64,000 bases of DNA from an uncultured Gammaproteobacteria bacterium (GCA_964453605.1 CAYVOI010000001.1:420095-484094), one strand, 5' to 3'; positions 1-8,930 are shown, counted from the first letter of the stretch. The notes: generated from the letters alone by a model not told the origin. Translations and numbers: made by a program.

Positions 1-2
1 TC

Positions 3-1670
3 GGCGTTATTACCCTCCAGCTCTTTAACCTGCAGGTTATAAACCATGGCACCTACGAGGCCTTGGCCTCCGGGCAGCACGATCTGGTAGCGGAGCTTGC
101 GCCTTCGCGCGGGCAGATCTACGTGCAAGACCCGCTGTTGCAACGCGCCACCTTTCCGGTGGCGGTGAACCAGGCCCTCAACTTTGTGTACGCTTCCCCA
201 AAGCGTGTCGGTAATGCCAAAGCCGAGGCCACTGCCCTGGCCCCACTCCTAGGGCTTGAACCTGGCGTACTAGAACTCACCTTAGGCAAGGTAGGGGACC
301 CGTGGGAGCCTCTAGCACACGGGGTGAGTGACGAGGTGGCCGCAGGAGTTACCAAACTGGCACTGCCAGGTGTGTACGTTACACCAGAAGAAACCAGGCT
401 GTACCCAGCTGGGGCCCTCTTTGGTCAGGCCGTGGGGTTTGTGGGTTATAATAGTTTGGGTCAGCGGCAGGGACAGTATGGCGTGGAGGGGTACTGGGAC
501 CGCGAGCTCGCCGGGACGGTGGGGGAGCTGAGGTCTGAGAAAGACCCAGCCGGGAGCCTCATAGCCCTAGGCCAGCACGACCTGGTACCAGCTGTTGATG
601 GCGACGACTTGGCATTAACCCTCGACAAGAACGTGCAAACCGTAGCTTGTGGTGCGCTCGAACGCGCGGTAGCGAAGCATGGGGCGCAGAGCGGGAGCCT
701 AGTAGTGTTGGACCCTGCCACGGGCGCCGTGCGCGCGCTCTGTAATGCGCCAGGCTTTGACCCTAACACCTACGCCGAGGTAAAAGATTTGTCGCAGTTT
801 GCTGACGCCGCCGTGTCCTCGGCTTACGAACCTGGCTCGGTGTTTAAAGCTATCACCATGGCGTCAGCTCTGAACGAGGGCAAACTCACGCCCGACACCA
901 CCTACCAAGACACTGGCGAGGTGACCATAGGCCCCAACACCATAAAGAACTCAGACAACAAGGCACATGGGGTGCAGACTATGACACAGGTGTTGGATGA
1001 GTCTTTAAACACGGGCGCCATTTTTGCTATGCGTCAGACCGGGGCCGCTACGTTTGTTGATTATGTGAAACGTTTTGGCTTTGGAGCTCTGACGGGCATT
1101 GAAATGCCCCACGAGAGCGCAGGTAACTTGAGTACACTTCAGAAACGCGGTGAGATTTACCCCGCCACCGCCTCATTCGGTCAAGGTATTACCGCTACGG
1201 TACTGCAGCTGGCGGCGGCGTTTGCGGCTATGGGCAACAAGGGTAAGCTAATGCAGCCCTATGTAGTACAACAGGTAACGCACCCTGACGGCCGTACTGA
1301 AGACACCACGCCAACGTTTGTGCGGCAGGTGGTAACGCCCGAGGTAGCGCGGACGCTCTCGGCCATGCTGGTTTCGGTGGTGGAGCTGGGGCACGGCAAG
1401 CGCGCGGGCGTACCGGGTTACTATGTGGCTGGCAAAACGGGCACCGCGCAGGTGCCTATTCCTGGCAGTGGTAAGTACGACCCACACAAAACCATTGGTA
1501 CCTTTGCTGGTTTTGCACCAGTTGATGATCCGAAGTTCGCCATGGTGGTCAGGGTGAACGAGCCGCAGGATGTGGTGTTTGCTGAGAGTTCGGCCGCGCC
1601 TGTGTTTGGTGAGGTGGCTAAGTTCTTGCTACAGTACTACCAGGTCCCGCCCGTAAGGCCCTTGAAGTAG
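3..1670 (+). CDS. Class B penicillin-binding protein (transpeptidase), 5' end truncated by the window edge; the ORF track starts at an internal TTG at 63 but the frame is open to the window start
   Basis: SxxK (GSVFKAIT), SDN (KNSDNKAHG) and KTGTA (AGKTGTAQV) transpeptidase motifs; lies immediately upstream of murF. Confidence 0.85.
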   Translation, partial: GVITLQLFNLQVINHGTYEALASGQHDLVAELAPSRGQIYVQDPLLQRATFPVAVNQALNFVYASPKRVGNAKAEATALAPLLGLEPGVLELTLGKVGDPWEPLAHGVSDEVAAGVTKLALPGVYVTPEETRLYPAGALFGQAVGFVGYNSLGQRQGQYGVEGYWDRELAGTVGELRSEKDPAGSLIALGQHDLVPAVDGDDLALTLDKNVQTVACGALERAVAKHGAQSGSLVVLDPATGAVRALCNAPGFDPNTYAEVKDLSQFADAAVSSAYEPGSVFKAITMASALNEGKLTPDTTYQDTGEVTIGPNTIKNSDNKAHGVQTMTQVLDESLNTGAIFAMRQTGAATFVDYVKRFGFGALTGIEMPHESAGNLSTLQKRGEIYPATASFGQGITATVLQLAAAFAAMGNKGKLMQPYVVQQVTHPDGRTEDTTPTFVRQVVTPEVARTLSAMLVSVVELGHGKRAGVPGYYVAGKTGTAQVPIPGSGKYDPHKTIGTFAGFAPVDDPKFAMVVRVNEPQDVVFAESSAAPVFGEVAKFLLQYYQVPPVRPLK

Positions 1671-1689
1671 CGGAGGCCGGTAATTATAT

Positions 1690-2973
1690 ATGAGGCTGGT
1701 CATTAGAGTACTGCTTAAAGTTTTAGCGCGAGCGACGCTCAGGCGTTACCACCCGCGCATTGTTGGTATTACTGGTTCAGTTGGGAAATCCTCCACCAAA
1801 GAAGCTGTGGCGCAAGTTTTAGGGTTGAAGTACCGCGTGTTCCAGAGCCCTAAGAACTTGAACAACGAGCTCGGGTTACCGCTGGCGGTTTTAGGTGAGG
1901 CTGACTCAGGCTATAGCAATCTCTTTGCTTGGGCAGCTATTTTCTGGCGAGCCCTGCGCCAGCTTACGAGCGGCAACACCAACTACCCTGAGGTGTTGGT
2001 GCTAGAGTACGGCGTTGACCACCCTGGTGACATGGCTTATTTGCTTTCGGTAGCTAAGCCAAACGTGGCAGTGGTTACGGCCGTTGCCCCCACCCACCTA
2101 GAGTTTTTAAAAACCGTGGCTGGCGTCGCTAAGGAAAAGCGCCAGCTGGTAGCTTCACTTGATGCTTCGGGTGTGGCCGTGCTCTCGGCCGATGACCCCG
2201 TGGTAGCTGGTTTTGCTGAAGGGCTGAAGGGTAGGGTAGTCACGTTTGGTCTAGCGCCTAGCGCTGAGGTTAAGGCGGAGGCGGTGTCGTTCAGCGTTGC
2301 GGGCGACGGTAGCCGCGCTGGTACTACGTTCAAACTGAGCTTGGCAGGCAGTAGTGTACCGGTAAACTTGGTGGGTGTAGTTGGCCACCCGTCCGTGGCT
2401 GCGGCGCTGGCCGCTGCCGCCGTTGGGGAAGCACTAGGTCTGCCGCTCATAAACATGGTGAACGCACTGCAGCACGTAGCCTGGCCAGCGGGTAGGCTTA
2501 GAGTTCTGCCCGGAGCCGGAGAGACCGTTTTGATTGATGATACGTACAATTCGTCTCCGCGCGCTGTGTACGAGGCCCTCCGTGTGTTGCGAGAGCTGGC
2601 CGTGCCAGGCGGGGGCAGGCGCTGGGCCATTCTGGGTGATATGTTGGAACTTGGCAAGCAGAGCGCGGAGCTGCACCGTGAGGTGGGCAAGCAAGTGGCC
2701 GCTTCTGGTATCGACTACCTAGTTACAGTTGGAAAAGAGTCGCAAGAGGTACATCAGGCCGCGCTCGCCGCCGGATTTAATCCGCAGCACGTGTGGCACT
2801 TTGCCGCGAGCCCAGAAGTGGCACGGGCCATAGCTTCGCGTTTGCGCGCTGGTGATGCACTGCTTATTAAAGGGTCGCAAGGTGTACGGTGTGAACGGGT
2901 GACCCGGGCATTACTTCGTAATCCAGACCAGGCTCACGAGCTACTGGTACGCCAGTGCAAGCCGTGGGTTTGA
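1690..2973 (+). CDS. murF: UDP-N-acetylmuramoyl-tripeptide--D-alanyl-D-alanine ligase
   Basis: Mur ligase P-loop GITGSVGKSSTKE; C-terminal LIDDTYNSSP resembles the MurF DDSYNANP motif. Confidence 0.8.
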   Translation: MRLVIRVLLKVLARATLRRYHPRIVGITGSVGKSSTKEAVAQVLGLKYRVFQSPKNLNNELGLPLAVLGEADSGYSNLFAWAAIFWRALRQLTSGNTNYPEVLVLEYGVDHPGDMAYLLSVAKPNVAVVTAVAPTHLEFLKTVAGVAKEKRQLVASLDASGVAVLSADDPVVAGFAEGLKGRVVTFGLAPSAEVKAEAVSFSVAGDGSRAGTTFKLSLAGSSVPVNLVGVVGHPSVAAALAAAAVGEALGLPLINMVNALQHVAWPAGRLRVLPGAGETVLIDDTYNSSPRAVYEALRVLRELAVPGGGRRWAILGDMLELGKQSAELHREVGKQVAASGIDYLVTVGKESQEVHQAALAAGFNPQHVWHFAASPEVARAIASRLRAGDALLIKGSQGVRCERVTRALLRNPDQAHELLVRQCKPWV

Positions 2974-2984
2974 AAAGTACATCG

Positions 2985-3028
2985 GTATCCTCATTCTCAA
3001 ATTCTTAAGAATTTGAGAATGAGGATAC
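2985..3028. repeat. Perfect 44-bp palindrome (20-bp arms around central TTAA), AT-rich, between murF and tRNA-Glu
   Basis: gtatcctcattctcaaattc TTAA gaatttgagaatgaggatac; the arms are exact reverse complements. Confidence 0.9.
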
Positions 3029-3124
3029 GCTTCTCGACCTTGATTTATTTTGGTCTTGCGGGTAATCTTAAGTTCGCCCTTGCCCCTTGGTCATGGGCGA
3101 CTGTAGCACCAGTTCCACCCCCGA

Positions 3125-3202
3125 GGCCTCATCGTCTAGCCCGGTCCAGGACGTCTCCCTCTCACGGAGAAAACTGGGGTTCGAATCCCCATGAGGCTAC
3201 CA
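3125..3202 (+). tRNA. tRNA-Glu (anticodon CTC) with encoded CCA
   Basis: Cloverleaf folded by hand: acceptor ggcctca/tgaggct; D-stem gtct/ggac; anticodon stem tctcc/ggaga with loop ctCTCac (U33, A37); T-arm tgggg-TTCGAAT-cccca; discriminator A + CCA. D-arm resembles E. coli tRNA-Glu (tcgtctag...caggac). Confidence 0.85.
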
Positions 3203-4706
3203 ACGTTTCTTTTTGAGCAGGTAGCACTGGAATTAGGCCGAAAATAGGGCACGCTTCTGGGGTTTGAAATCCAGGGTAATTGTAGAAGACATTTTGCGGA
3301 AACAGAATCTTTCGCAAAACCTTTAAGTCAGCGGGGTCAAGAGCCTTCCACTCATGCGGAAGGTTTTTGATATATCCGAATGAGAAATCAATTGCCTTGC
3401 TGACATCCAGGCCATCGTAACCGCTATTGCTTCGGGACATCTGTAGCGCTCGTATCCTTTCCTCAAACTTACCTCGATGTTCCTTAAACTCTTCGTCAGA
3501 GATGAGGTCACCCTTGAGCTTCAGCTCTAGCAGACTGTCTCGTTGCTCACCCAACCTCTTGAGCTCGGTCTCGATCTTGGAGTTCTGTTTAGACACCTCC
3601 GCCAGCTCAGTCTCATAAGCGCAGGCTACGGCCTCTTTTAAAATATCGAGTGTGTCCTCCACTGGCACAAGTTGGGTCAAGAACCCTGTAAATTCGCCCT
3701 CAAAGTCATCCTTCGAAATCGAATGGCGCATTTCGCAGCCAACCTTGCCACAGTTGTAGTAGGCATAGCGTCTGCCAGTCTTGCCCCTTGTCCAACCGCC
3801 AGTTATGGAATGGCCGCAGGCACCGCACTTCACACCACGCAACGGGAAGTCGGGGTTGTTGAGGTTCCGAATGACTTTCTTCGGGTCGCCGCCGGTCAGT
3901 AAAAACTGCACCTTGTCGAACAGCTCCTTGCTCACGATCGGCTCATGCTTGCCTGGCACGCAAATGTCCCACTTAGGAACACTAATCCAACCGCAGTACA
4001 GTGGGTTGGTCAAAATCTTCACTAACAACTGGGGCGAAATGTCTAGACGGAGCGTCGGGTCGAGTTTCATGGCCTTTTGCGCCAGTTCCCGAAACGTATA
4101 AATGCCCTTGGCATACTCCTCAAAAATGAAACGCACAATAGGCTCGCGTTTCCGTTCAGGCACAATGACTTTGTTGTTAGCGGCATCTCTAGTATTAACG
4201 TAACCGAAGTTGGCCTTGAACGCCCAGTTACCAGCGTTCAGCGCTGTCCTCATTCCCTCGGCCGTTCGTTGCGCTCTAATGTTGTTATCGAACTGAGCCA
4301 TGGCAGATAAAATCCCTTCCATCAGTTGTCCCTGCGGGTCGCTTGCTATTGCCTCCGTGGCAGATAAAATTGTTACACCACACTTACGCAATATTACCTT
4401 TAGGGCATAGTGATCCTCCAGATTACGAGCGAAGCGGTCAAGCTTGTAGACGATCACGTTTCCCACCCTCCCCTGATTTTTACCGCAGTAGCGGAGCAAA
4501 TTTTGCAATTCGGTTCGGTCGGCTGTTTTTGCAGATTCACCCTCTTCCCTGAATAGCTTGAGTACTGCCAGCCCTTGCTTGTCGGCATAGGCTCGACAAA
4601 CCTTCTCTTGGCTTTCCAGGCTATAGCCATCAAGCTGATCCTTCGAGGAGACCCTGATGTAGATGACGGCTGTCAAAACTGGTTGGTTGCCTAATTTTGC
4701 TTTCAT
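3162..4706 (-). CDS. Large serine recombinase/integrase (resolvase catalytic domain, recombinase domain, zinc ribbon, coiled coil)
   Basis: N-terminal VIYIRVSSKDQ...SLESQ serine-recombinase catalytic motif; CGACGHS...YYNC zinc ribbon; 514 aa; the C-terminal ...GFEPQFSP is encoded by the reverse complement of the tRNA-Glu T-arm. Confidence 0.85.
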   Translation of the reverse strand: MKAKLGNQPVLTAVIYIRVSSKDQLDGYSLESQEKVCRAYADKQGLAVLKLFREEGESAKTADRTELQNLLRYCGKNQGRVGNVIVYKLDRFARNLEDHYALKVILRKCGVTILSATEAIASDPQGQLMEGILSAMAQFDNNIRAQRTAEGMRTALNAGNWAFKANFGYVNTRDAANNKVIVPERKREPIVRFIFEEYAKGIYTFRELAQKAMKLDPTLRLDISPQLLVKILTNPLYCGWISVPKWDICVPGKHEPIVSKELFDKVQFLLTGGDPKKVIRNLNNPDFPLRGVKCGACGHSITGGWTRGKTGRRYAYYNCGKVGCEMRHSISKDDFEGEFTGFLTQLVPVEDTLDILKEAVACAYETELAEVSKQNSKIETELKRLGEQRDSLLELKLKGDLISDEEFKEHRGKFEERIRALQMSRSNSGYDGLDVSKAIDFSFGYIKNLPHEWKALDPADLKVLRKILFPQNVFYNYPGFQTPEACPIFGLIPVLPAQKETLVASWGFEPQFSP

Positions 4707-4846
4707 AGGTTATGAATGATTAAGGTAAGCTTTGCTCGTTTGGTCAAGCTCGGCAAATTAGAGTCGCAAATCACCGAATGGGGTAATCGGCCACGAAACG
4801 GAGAATAACCACGCCTGGGCCAAATTTACATCCCTAGCGACCATCC

Positions 4847-5059
4847 TCATGGGGGGTTAGAGAGCTGGTCGAGGTAGGCAAGAATCTCAAATCGCTCCTG
4901 TTTGTCATAGTCGTCCTTATCCACCAACTTGTTGAACCAGTAATGAACCACGCGGCTGCTAAAGCGCTGTCCTGTAATGGCGGTGGAAAAACATAAGTAC
5001 GAGCTCCAGCCAGGACGCCTTGTAACTAATTGTTTGTACCTACGCTCTATAGATTTCAT
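4847..5059 (-). CDS. Small excisionase/AlpA-like HTH protein (possible recombination directionality factor)
   Basis: STAITGQRFSSRVVHYW matches the Xis/MerR-type HTH_17 pattern (A-x3-G-x3-S-x-V-x2-W); lies next to the recombinase. Confidence 0.4.
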   Translation of the reverse strand: MKSIERRYKQLVTRRPGWSSYLCFSTAITGQRFSSRVVHYWFNKLVDKDDYDKQERFEILAYLDQLSNPP

Positions 5060-5105
5060 ATGGGTTTAAATAAACACTGGGGATACAGGCTATTACAAGC
5101 AACCA

Positions 5106-5312
5106 CTATAACCCCTCTTTTTTAGGCCTTTCTAAAAATGCAACACCTTGGCCCCGTTCCTTAAGCCAACGACGGACGAGGAAATGGGCCAAATCAAAAA
5201 TTTGCTGCGCGAGCGCATCCAACTCATCGTCGGTCAAGGCAGAATACTTAGCCCTAAGCCACTCCGCTATAATTTGCGCTCTTCTTTCATTAAAAAGCTG
5301 ACCCCGTACCAT
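5106..5312 (-). CDS. Hypothetical small protein (island cargo)
   Basis: 68-aa ORF in an operon-like array with its neighbours; no recognisable motif. Confidence 0.35.
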   Translation of the reverse strand: MVRGQLFNERRAQIIAEWLRAKYSALTDDELDALAQQIFDLAHFLVRRWLKERGQGVAFLERPKKEGL

Positions 5313-5351
5313 GGAGTCAGCATAAAATATGAGTAAACTAGTAAGATGACC

Positions 5352-6158
5352 TTATTTTCCTATATTCCTTCGCCTCATCCTTTCGCGTTGTTTTCTCAGG
5401 CGCATAAGCGCTTTCCTATCCATCGGGTCATTAGGATCTTGTGGCATATATTCAGCGACTAGACTAAGGTCATTTTCTTGTTCCAAGCGCTGCTCTACAA
5501 CTTCCATCACTTTACCTTTTTTAACGACGGCAGCCACGTTGGCACTACTCCTTAACCTCCGAACTTTGTTCACACCACAGCTGATAACTAGCTTTTGAAA
5601 GGCATCCCAAACTTCTTTTTTGAGCTTCGGCACTCTGCCCCTAAACCGAATACCAAAGGCATGACGGAATTCGGCCAGGGCGTACTCCTTATCTTCAGTT
5701 GAGAGAGGAATTTCGTCCAGGTTGCCAGCAATCAACAGCAGGTTTCCCAAGAATGTGGTCGGCAACATTGTACTTAGCACAGGCACGCGGTACACCAGAG
5801 CCGCGGTGTAATTTTCTATTAAAGTTAACGGGAGTTCAAATTTTCGCAGCTCTTCCACCACATCAGCCAATAGTGCGAAATCCTCCTGCTGAGATAATGA
5901 GTGAAACCAGGGTGAGCTATTGTACAAATTTATATCATTGTCCTCAGTGAATTCATAAAAATCTTCCTCAGGCTTCAGGCGAGGAATATGGTGACGTTTC
6001 CTCAGCTTTACCAAGGAAGCTTCCATAGCTCCGGTCTCATTAAGCAGAGGCAGACGGCTTTCAGAGATAGCATACTGTGAACTCACGTAATGCTCAGATA
6101 CCAGCTTGAAGGACATTTGTATCGCTTCGGCGATGGGCGAGGGATTGCTATCTTCCAT
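5352..6158 (-). CDS. Hypothetical protein (island cargo), basic C-terminus
   Basis: 268-aa ORF; a TATAAT box sits ~9 nt upstream of the ATG on the minus strand, so the transcript may be leaderless; no known motif. Confidence 0.5.
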   Translation of the reverse strand: MEDSNPSPIAEAIQMSFKLVSEHYVSSQYAISESRLPLLNETGAMEASLVKLRKRHHIPRLKPEEDFYEFTEDNDINLYNSSPWFHSLSQQEDFALLADVVEELRKFELPLTLIENYTAALVYRVPVLSTMLPTTFLGNLLLIAGNLDEIPLSTEDKEYALAEFRHAFGIRFRGRVPKLKKEVWDAFQKLVISCGVNKVRRLRSSANVAAVVKKGKVMEVVEQRLEQENDLSLVAEYMPQDPNDPMDRKALMRLRKQRERMRRRNIGK

Positions 6159-6252
6159 ATGACTTAATTATAGCGAAAAATGTTGATTTATGTTAATTTA
6201 ATGATACAACTTAATGGCCTAAACTTGGTATTTGCCAGGCATGGCTAAAAGA

Positions 6253-6332
6253 CCCAATGACGATACTGAGCTCTACGTTCAGCAACTCGTCATTGGGCCA
6301 TATCCCGAAAGGGGTATGGGGTTCGAAAGAAC
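6253..6332 (+). other. Structured intergenic element: an 11-bp inverted repeat followed by two adjacent GNRA-tetraloop hairpins
   Basis: cccaatgacga...tcgtcattggg; catatccc-GAAA-ggggtatg; ggttc-GAAA-gaacc. Confidence 0.4.
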
Positions 6333-6407
6333 CTAGCTGGCGTAGGGCTTTGTGTTTTGCCAAGAACCAACTCCAAAATTTCTTTTGTTTTACCTTAAAC
6401 CAAAATT

Positions 6408-6881
6408 ATGAACGCCGCCGAAGAAATTGTGAAATACTGGTATGAACAGCAAGGTTATTTTTGCATGGAATCAATTAAGGTTGGGCGAAGAGAAATCGAC
6501 CTGCTTGCCATAAAGTTAAAAGAGAAAGACAACTCGATTCAGGAGGCGGTTCACGTGGAGGTACAAGTTTCAATCAACTATACAAATTTTAAAGAGACTG
6601 TGAAGCAGATAGCGACCCGCTACGACGGCAAGTTTAACGATAAAAAGGTTCAGGCCTACATCCAGCGACTCATCGGCAAGAGTTACCATAAGATCGAGGT
6701 TAGGGGCAAAATGGCACTGAAAGGCAAGGACATAAGACCTGAATATATAAAATTACGAAAGCGCTCAGGAATCACTGTCATCCCATTTGAAAAAATATTC
6801 AACGAAGTAACACAAAAAATGGGCACCGATCATCAACTCAACCCAATAATCCAGGCCGTGCAGCTAGCCAAGTATCAATAA
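6408..6881 (+). CDS. Hypothetical protein, possibly a PD-(D/E)xK nuclease fold
   Basis: REIDLLAIK ... VHVEVQVS resembles the D...ExK core (Q in place of K); conserved N-terminal Glu; 157 aa. Confidence 0.35.
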   Translation: MNAAEEIVKYWYEQQGYFCMESIKVGRREIDLLAIKLKEKDNSIQEAVHVEVQVSINYTNFKETVKQIATRYDGKFNDKKVQAYIQRLIGKSYHKIEVRGKMALKGKDIRPEYIKLRKRSGITVIPFEKIFNEVTQKMGTDHQLNPIIQAVQLAKYQ

Positions 6882-7082
6882 TAACCACACGCCAGTACTT
6901 ATGTCTCAAACCAAGCTTCCCCGTCACACAGTATACTTTTTCACCATTACGAGCTTTATTCACTCGGATATACCGACCTCTACAACACCTGCCCGCTATA
7001 TAAACTAGGTCATATAGAATAAATCTTTTGTAAACTTACCGCTTTTTAAATTAACTTATAAAAAAGAATTTTATTTTTTAAG

Positions 7083-7110
7083 AAAAATGGCTTATTTTAG
7101 CCATTTTTTT
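7083..7110. terminator. AT-rich hairpin terminator (bidirectional)
   Basis: aaaaatggct-tatttt-agccattttt followed by a T-run. Confidence 0.5.
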
Positions 7111-7175
7111 ATATTTATAACATTCTATAAAACTTAAATAATGTATGTCTAAGAATAGAAATTTTATAAATCCCC

Positions 7176-7204
7176 TTGACAGGCCTTTATAGATTGCCTA
7201 AAAT
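7176..7204 (+). promoter_or_regulatory. Near-consensus sigma70-type promoter upstream of the 7237 ORF
   Basis: TTGACA, 17-bp spacer, TAAAAT. Confidence 0.55.
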
Positions 7205-7236
7205 GATACTGTCTTACAACTTAATCTCATAACTTT

Positions 7237-8037
7237 ATGGGGCTCAGTGACTTAATTGTTGACCAAAGGCAAATCAGCGAAGAAATGATTGAAAACCTAC
7301 TCAAAGGAAATGTTGAGCTAATTAAAGAGGACAGCGGGGTCAGGTTAATGCCCGCAGTTTCAAAATTCACTGCTGCTACCAAAGTCCTCCTCATCTTGGC
7401 AGCTAAAAAGGCTTGGGAAATGATATCGAAAACTCCACACCCAACTACTGCCTCAGAAATTGAAGGTGCCACTGGGCTACCGCTAAACACAATTTACCCA
7501 GTAATGAAAAAATTTAACGACGACCGTTTGGCAATATCGAGCAAAGGGAAGTACAGCATAACAAATAGGGGCATCCTCCAGCTACCCGCTCTAATTGATG
7601 CGGACAAAAATCGCAGTCACACAAATAAGACGAGTAATACGGCTGGCAAAGTGACTCGCAACCGCCCCAGTGGGCGCCCAGATATAATTAAAGCAATTAA
7701 GGAACACCACATGGAGCCTCAATACGTTGAAACCATCCTACCTATTCTGGAAAAGTCCAGGCACAGTGATAAATACTTATTAGCTATCTACATCGCAAAA
7801 GATAAAATGGCAATAGATGGACTAACCTCTAGTGAGATTCAATACTTACTTAACGAGGCCCCGCTCAAATTGCCGAAATTGTACTCTTCAAATATTAGTC
7901 GCGATCTACCAAAGCTCAGGAATTTTACCACACCATATCCAGCTGGAAGTTCCTACGAATACCGCCTTACATCATTGGGAGAGAGGCGCGTCAAAGAGTT
8001 AATCGAAGGTGGAAGTACCAACGTACATCAAGCATAA
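7237..8037 (+). CDS. Hypothetical protein with two winged-helix-like DNA-binding segments
   Basis: ASEIEGATGLPLNTIYPVMKKF...ISSKGKYSITNRG and LTSSEIQYLLNEAPLKL...YRLTSLGERRV look like wHTH units; ends 6 nt before the next ORF. Confidence 0.45.
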   Translation: MGLSDLIVDQRQISEEMIENLLKGNVELIKEDSGVRLMPAVSKFTAATKVLLILAAKKAWEMISKTPHPTTASEIEGATGLPLNTIYPVMKKFNDDRLAISSKGKYSITNRGILQLPALIDADKNRSHTNKTSNTAGKVTRNRPSGRPDIIKAIKEHHMEPQYVETILPILEKSRHSDKYLLAIYIAKDKMAIDGLTSSEIQYLLNEAPLKLPKLYSSNISRDLPKLRNFTTPYPAGSSYEYRLTSLGERRVKELIEGGSTNVHQA

Positions 8038-8043
8038 TTCTAT

Positions 8044-8745
8044 ATGCCAGACTTTATTCAAGATACAGAAGCTCTCATCTCTAACCTATCTCAAAGGTCG
8101 GGAAAAGAAATTTCCGAAAAAGCCTTACTAACACAGGCTCGGGCTTGGGTTAAAAATTATAGCCACACACTCGATACTGTTTTTAGTGGCCCAAACGACC
8201 TCGATAAACTCCACTACATCGGCCGTACTGTCCATAACCAACGTTTAGATAAAAGTAGCTGGCTAAAAAAATTAAAAGCACTTAAAAAGAAAATGGAAAT
8301 ATTAGAGCAAACAAAAGAATCCTCACTGGGTATCTGGTCGTTCGATCCTAATAAACCGTTTACCGCCTACCAGACCCTACGAGAATTTTTTGCTAATGCA
8401 CAAAACAGGGTACTGATTTATGATGGTTACGTTGAGGAAAAAACCCTAGAAATATTAGGTTCATTGCCTAAATCTGCATCAATAAGAATTTTAACAAATA
8501 ATACATATGGAAACTTTACAAGAGAGTTGAGGCTATTTGAAAAAGAACACTCTATAGAGGTTAAAAAATTATCAACCGTGCATGATAGGTTTTTTATAAT
8601 TGATGGAAAATGTTACTTATCAGGGACATCTCTACACTCCCTTGGAGGGCAAAAATCATCCACCCTATGCTCCGTGGATAGTCATATAATGCAAATTTTC
8701 GAAAAACGATTTGAACAAGATTGGGCTCCCGCTACTAAAGTCTAG
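8044..8745 (+). CDS. Hypothetical protein with a phospholipase-D/HKD-like variant motif (putative nuclease or phosphodiesterase fold)
   Basis: VHDRFFIIDGKCYLSGTSL fits H-x-(K/R)-x4-D-x6-G-(S/T), the PLD superfamily signature with K replaced by R; one copy, implying a dimeric Nuc/BfiI-like arrangement. Confidence 0.4.
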   Translation: MPDFIQDTEALISNLSQRSGKEISEKALLTQARAWVKNYSHTLDTVFSGPNDLDKLHYIGRTVHNQRLDKSSWLKKLKALKKKMEILEQTKESSLGIWSFDPNKPFTAYQTLREFFANAQNRVLIYDGYVEEKTLEILGSLPKSASIRILTNNTYGNFTRELRLFEKEHSIEVKKLSTVHDRFFIIDGKCYLSGTSLHSLGGQKSSTLCSVDSHIMQIFEKRFEQDWAPATKV

Positions 8746-8913
8746 TTTGATAAACCGAAAGGGAGTAACCCAAAACGGCGATAAGAACGAACCCTGGGGC
8801 TTTGCGGTGAAATATTTACAGTATTTCCAAACTGAAAAAGTCTAGAAATTAACTCAATCAACGGTTTTGTATTTTTTCGACATAGGGCTACCACTTCAGT
8901 AGTTTTCTTCTGC

Positions 8914-8930
8914 GGGGTCACGGTGACCCC
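8914..8930. repeat. GC-rich palindrome ggggtcac-g-gtgacccc
   Basis: 8-bp inverted repeat with a 1-nt centre, in an intergenic region. Confidence 0.6.

Noticed and set aside
2037-2690. 217-aa and 86-aa minus-strand ORFs
   Set aside because: They lie antisense within murF and are typical high-GC shadow frames.
6253-6332. Hammerhead or other small ribozyme at the GNRA-hairpin element
   Set aside because: I could not find the CUGANGA...GAAA core in a workable arrangement, so it is reported only as a generic structured element.
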